Positions 59,946 through 64,000 of a stretch of DNA of 64,000 nucleotides are shown piece by piece. A program made the position numbers and the translations under genes. The stretch covers positions 32,001 through 96,000 of the forward strand of contig CBDEUK010000002.1 in assembly GCA_965243205.1 (NCBI GenBank). The letters are read 5' to 3'. This DNA is from Gammaproteobacteria bacterium (GTDB lineage Bacteria > Pseudomonadota > Gammaproteobacteria > Eutrophobiales > Eutrophobiaceae). Each line of letters begins with the position of its first letter. The first letter of the stretch is position 1. The notes under the pieces were generated by a model, which was given only the letters and a program-made list of their open reading frames with translations, was not told where the DNA came from and ran no database searches.

Positions 59946-61289
59946 TCAGAGTTCCGGCTCCATGTCTATATCGGGATCGTCCATGTCTAGATCGTTATCG
60001 AATTCCCGCTCGAACTCGCCGCGCTGATCGAATTCAAGGTCATGGAGCCAGTTTTTTTCAAGAGCTTCATTGCCCTTGGCCTGTTCCTGCAACGTGAATT
60101 GTGACAGATCGCGAAACAGGTCTTTGCGTTCCTTGTCCTGTTTTTCGCGTAGCAGGTTGATCTGCACTTGCAGGTTTTGACGTTGCGTAAGCTGTTTATG
60201 GATCAGTGCTTCGCGCTCTTTCTGATCGCGTTTGTGCGCCTGCCATGTTTCCTGCTCATTGCGCTTTCTGGTTTTCCAGTAGCGACCGTTGATCTTGTCC
60301 CATAATCCCTTGAAACCTTTGCGAACGCGGGAAGAACGCTTCAGTTCTTCGGCCTGCCAGCGTTCCTGTTGAGTGGCTTCCAGATTCGCACGCTCTTTTC
60401 GCTGCATCGTGACCATTTCCAGCTTTGCAGCCTTGAGCGGCTGCTTTGCCTTTCGGTGTTCACGGGCAAGGTCATCTGTATAGTTCCGAAAGAGTTTGCT
60501 AAGCCTGCCATGGATGTTGGTTTTGATGTCATCGACGGAAGGCAGGCTTTCAGCCTTTCCGAGACGCGCTTCCAGTGCTTTCTTTTTCTGACCAAGCTGG
60601 CGGGTCAGCGAATAGACCTCGCCATGCAGGTCAACGGCGACGTGGCCACGTTTTCCTTTCGCTAGATAGTAGCCTTGCTCTTGCAGAGCATTGGAAAAAC
60701 TCTGTTTGCTGTCCGATATCGCCCAGCTTTCCTGTAATTCGCGCTTGATGTCGGACGGCTTGCGGCCAATGCGTAAAGCCTGTTGCCATTCGGCGCGGGT
60801 GTAGTTAAGAGGGTTCTTGCGGCTTTTGTCCCGAAACCCGTCCGGCATCTGCCAGCCGTTTTCCAGATAGAGCGATTTGGCTATCTCGTTCAGCTTGATC
60901 TTGGGGTGCGAAATATTGATGGCCTTCATTTCCTCGGTATCAATCCGGCTCCAGACACAGTGAGCGTGACGGCGGCCTTCCTTCTCATGGAAAACGACAA
61001 CACGCGGCTGACCTTCCAGTCCGAGCTTCTTTTCAACCCGATCCAACGTGGTCTCGAACGTGTCGATGGAAACCCGCTCGTTCTGCGGAGGGTTCAGGCT
61101 CAGGGCATACATGAATTGCCTGCATTGCGTGCCCTTGGACAGGGCATAGGCTTCGTTCAGTGCCCCCAATACGTCAGAAGCAATAAACCCACGAACCTCG
61201 TGGACATTCACATGCTCGTTTTGCTCGCCGTTGAGCAGGTGTAGCGCCATTTGCCGCCCTCCGGCACGCTGGTTGCCTTTAAGGATCAT
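59946..61289 (-). CDS. Relaxase (MOBP/VirD2-like HUH domain)
   Basis: MILKG..R, LSLNPP, HEKEGRRHAH (HUH), C-terminal coiled coil. Confidence 0.9.
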   Translation of the reverse strand: MILKGNQRAGGRQMALHLLNGEQNEHVNVHEVRGFIASDVLGALNEAYALSKGTQCRQFMYALSLNPPQNERVSIDTFETTLDRVEKKLGLEGQPRVVVFHEKEGRRHAHCVWSRIDTEEMKAINISHPKIKLNEIAKSLYLENGWQMPDGFRDKSRKNPLNYTRAEWQQALRIGRKPSDIKRELQESWAISDSKQSFSNALQEQGYYLAKGKRGHVAVDLHGEVYSLTRQLGQKKKALEARLGKAESLPSVDDIKTNIHGRLSKLFRNYTDDLAREHRKAKQPLKAAKLEMVTMQRKERANLEATQQERWQAEELKRSSRVRKGFKGLWDKINGRYWKTRKRNEQETWQAHKRDQKEREALIHKQLTQRQNLQVQINLLREKQDKERKDLFRDLSQFTLQEQAKGNEALEKNWLHDLEFDQRGEFEREFDNDLDMDDPDIDMEPEL

Positions 61290-61710
61290 CGCTCGACCCC
61301 TCGAATGGCTCTGGTGGCGGTTGCTGGCTTTGCGGCTTCAGCCCCATTCCTTCTATTAAGGTGTCGCGCATCCAGCGAATGGCCGCTACCGCATCATGCA
61401 GGCTTTGCAGCACTTCCTCGTTGACGGGCAGGGAGCCTGAGTTGGCCGCCTTTGCGAGCTGGTTGATGTTGCTGGCGATACGGGATTGCCCCAACGCGCC
61501 AAGCAGCTTGGCCAGCAACTTCTGATCCTGAATCCTTGGCTTGCGGGAAGGCGGTGGCCGGACGCCGTTTTGCAGTATCGCGTCCTTGATAAACTGCCCC
61601 AACGGCTGGCCATCGGCCAGTTTTGTCAATTCAGCACGTTCCTGTTCAGTCAGGCGAACCGAGAACGGCGCTGGATAGGTCTTCTTAGAGGGAGGACGCT
61701 TTCTAGCCAT
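61279..61710 (-). CDS. mobC: MobC relaxosome accessory protein
   Basis: RHH-like SVRLTEQER, and SNINQLAKAAN. Confidence 0.88.
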   Translation of the reverse strand: MARKRPPSKKTYPAPFSVRLTEQERAELTKLADGQPLGQFIKDAILQNGVRPPPSRKPRIQDQKLLAKLLGALGQSRIASNINQLAKAANSGSLPVNEEVLQSLHDAVAAIRWMRDTLIEGMGLKPQSQQPPPEPFEGSSDDP

Positions 61711-61865
61711 TTTTTCGCCCTCCCATTGATGCAGAAGGGGTTTTTCGGTTAGGATTCGCGCCCAGAACGGTGCGGGCTCCCTCTAAGCTAGACAGTAACG
61801 CACTAAGGGGTTGCGGCTTAGAGGCGATATCAAAGGCAGTGACTAACGGTAGATACCGTTGGCAG

Positions 61866-61882
61866 CCTGCCCCCGCTACCAA
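61866..61882 (+). repeat. 17-bp att core (right end of the island)
   Basis: CCTGCCCCCGCTACCAA, identical to 34476-34492 and to the tRNA 3' end. Confidence 0.92.
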
Positions 61883-62006
61883 ATAAATCAACGACTTGTC
61901 TTCAGTTCTGAAACTTTCTGACAATATTGGCAATAAATTTTGTCATATTATTTATAAAATCAAATTGGCACCAAAAAGCTGATGCCAATTATTGTGATTA
62001 ATTTTC

Positions 62007-64000
62007 TCAATGACTTTCAAGTAATACTAATTCAATTAGGCCAATAGATAAATCAATGTAGATTTGATTATTATCGAGTGTTGTTGAGAGCGTGTGATTT
62101 CCAGCATTACCTAAAACTTGTTCAAATGCGCTATAACTTACACCTATAGCACCCATCGAAATAGTCTTATCAATAAGTTCTGCAGAAGGAGTACTTGGTT
62201 CCCATGTAAGTTGCCCTCCATGACTACTGGTAGCAAATCCTATTACCATACTATTATTGTGTGTAGTCGTAATCGTTTCGGAAATAAAGCCATTGGCATT
62301 ATTATCGATATTTTTGGTAGCAGTAGCTCCAATACTTGCAACACCTTCATAAACAAAACAATCCGTACTTAAATAACTTCCTGAATTAACTACGGATATG
62401 CTTAGTGAATTAATTCCTGAAATACCATTTAACGACATGCCATAAATATAGAGGTCATCTCCAGTACTGTTCCCTTGTTTAGGCTGTACATGTAATAGTT
62501 CTGACATAGTTTGCCCTGCATAAGTAACATTTCCTGTTATTGAGTTAGGAGCGGGGAATCCTATGCTGCATAACAAGTAGCCACCTGAACCAGGAGAGCC
62601 AACATCAAGATTTGATGTATTCGTTTGATTTGGATTATTAATAGTATTAAATACTGAGTCGCTGCTAATATGATTTACCAATGGTAGTAACTCTATCAGT
62701 CCAATGGATAAATCGAGAAAGCTTGCTTGGTCACTCAACGTTGCGGAGAGAGTGTAATCTGCAATATTAGAAGTGGCTTGGTCAAACATACCGTATGTAA
62801 CACCAGCACTTCCTATCCATATCGCATCTGAGATGCGTTCTTCAGAAGGATCTGCTGCAGTCCATGTTTGAGTATTACCACCTAATACGCCGTGACTGCT
62901 TGTAACATACCCTACAATCATACTATTTTCGCGTGTTGTAGTAATCGTGTCAGAAATTAAACCTGCATCAGTGTTATCCTTGTTACTTGTTACCGTTGCT
63001 CCAACTCCTGAAATACCTTCATAGACAAAACAATCTGTACCTAGGTAGTCTCCACTGGAAGTTAGTGGGACTGAAAGTGTATTAGAACCACTAACTCCAT
63101 CCAAGGTTATTCCATAAAGATAGACATCATCACCAGTTTGATTATTCTTTTTAGGCATAATGTGTAGTAATTCAGTCATTGCAGAACCTCCATAGGTTAC
63201 TTGCCCGACAATAGAATTAGGCGCAGGAAACACAATACTACAGAGTAAATACCCTCCCTGATTTGGAGTGCCAACGTTAAAGTTAGCTTGTGTGGTTGCA
63301 TTTGTAGTTGCAGTTGTGTCAATGACTGAACCGCTACTGATTAAGTCTGGTAGAGAAGGGTTATCTGGAAGTACAGAAATATTTAAGATTTGTTGGCCAA
63401 CATTACTACCATCAGATACTTGTACAATAACCTCGTAAATATTATCAGCGTTTTGGTCTAGTGGGTTTTCAAAATCAGGCAGAGTATTAAAAGAAAGTTG
63501 AGCAGAGTTACCTGCAGATGAATTAATAGCGAATAATGACTGATCAACTCCACCGCTAACGCTGAAAGATAATGTATCTTCTGGAATATCTGCATCGCTT
63601 GCTTGACAGGTTGTCACGTCGGATTGATTTTCAATAACAGAAAGTTCTATACCGCAATCTATAGTGGGAGAGTTATCATTCACAGGGGTGAGATTGATTG
63701 TTAGTGTTGCTGTATCAGTTGAATTTGTTTGTCCTTGTCCATCATCTGCCATCACATGTACGCTTAATTCTTGTAGTGTGCCTTGATTATTATCTGCATC
63801 GAGTAATGAACTATCTAGTATAGAAATCTCACCATTAGTACTATTTATCTGGAAAGCACCTTCTGGAGATTGGCTAGTTATAGAATAGTTAATCGAATTA
63901 GGGCTATTTATTGTTTCTGAATCAATATCTATGCCCGTAATATGATCATTAAAGTCAAACACAACGGTTCCATTGGCTTGTTCTTCATCAATCGATATTG
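62007..64000 (-). CDS. Large cadherin-domain surface protein (5' part outside the window) ending in two ~215-aa tandem domains
   Basis: Frame is open to 64000 (ISIDEEQANGTVVF...); cadherin motifs VNDNSP, DAD, DFENP.D...DN.YEV; duplicated GGYLLCSI.FPAPNSI...DLSIGLIEL. Confidence 0.85.
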   Translation of the reverse strand, partial: ISIDEEQANGTVVFDFNDHITGIDIDSETINSPNSINYSITSQSPEGAFQINSTNGEISILDSSLLDADNNQGTLQELSVHVMADDGQGQTNSTDTATLTINLTPVNDNSPTIDCGIELSVIENQSDVTTCQASDADIPEDTLSFSVSGGVDQSLFAINSSAGNSAQLSFNTLPDFENPLDQNADNIYEVIVQVSDGSNVGQQILNISVLPDNPSLPDLISSGSVIDTTATTNATTQANFNVGTPNQGGYLLCSIVFPAPNSIVGQVTYGGSAMTELLHIMPKKNNQTGDDVYLYGITLDGVSGSNTLSVPLTSSGDYLGTDCFVYEGISGVGATVTSNKDNTDAGLISDTITTTRENSMIVGYVTSSHGVLGGNTQTWTAADPSEERISDAIWIGSAGVTYGMFDQATSNIADYTLSATLSDQASFLDLSIGLIELLPLVNHISSDSVFNTINNPNQTNTSNLDVGSPGSGGYLLCSIGFPAPNSITGNVTYAGQTMSELLHVQPKQGNSTGDDLYIYGMSLNGISGINSLSISVVNSGSYLSTDCFVYEGVASIGATATKNIDNNANGFISETITTTHNNSMVIGFATSSHGGQLTWEPSTPSAELIDKTISMGAIGVSYSAFEQVLGNAGNHTLSTTLDNNQIYIDLSIGLIELVLLESH

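Larger units (their letters stand above)
34476..61882. mobile_element. Integrative mobilizable element / genomic island (~27.4 kb) at tRNA-Met
   Basis: 17-bp direct repeats CCTGCCCCCGCTACCAA at 34476-34492 and 61866-61882; sharp G+C rise inside; recombinase, relaxase, MobC and T4CP present; no VirB/Mpf genes. Confidence 0.9.

Noticed and set aside
34476-61882. Prophage or self-transmissible ICE
   Set aside because: No capsid, terminase or tail genes and no VirB4 or other Mpf genes; the content fits a mobilizable element.
61703-61933. 76-aa ORF as an independent gene
   Set aside because: It straddles the right att site; the first part is host DNA and the rest is best explained as the detached integrase tail.

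Overview
Positions 1-33.4 kb are AT-rich chromosome of a Gammaproteobacterium carrying housekeeping genes: apt, aas, mltD-yafS-rnhA-dnaQ, grxD, argD-argF-surE-pcm-nlpD-rpoS, adk, mrcB with an LpoP-like lipoprotein, a fliK-like gene, and amrABS. This stretch also holds two ~400-bp composite repeats with GGA-loop hairpins, a Lys/Ala-rich histone-H1-like gene with a probable slippage extension, and an integrase-less integron cassette array (CALIN, 25.4-27.5 kb). An initiator tRNA-Met (33338-33414) is the entry point for two tandem inserts. The first is a ~1.1-kb integrase-less islet carrying hicB-hicA. The second is a ~27.4-kb, visibly GC-richer integrative mobilizable element (34476-61882) bounded by 17-bp direct repeats of the tRNA 3' end. 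This element encodes a large serine recombinase whose reading frame crosses its own att site, so excision would swap its C-terminus and couple it to mobC-relaxase. It also carries an unusual membrane/lipoprotein/vWA/VirD4 operon, hipBA, and a second, apparently unused tyrosine-integrase module with an intact attP resembling a tRNA-Asn 3' end. Further cargo includes a metzincin protease, a defence operon (Type ISP RM, GHKL-nuclease, RloC-like ATPase) and ardA. The window ends inside a large cadherin-repeat protein. All calls come from reading motifs by eye; no database search was run.
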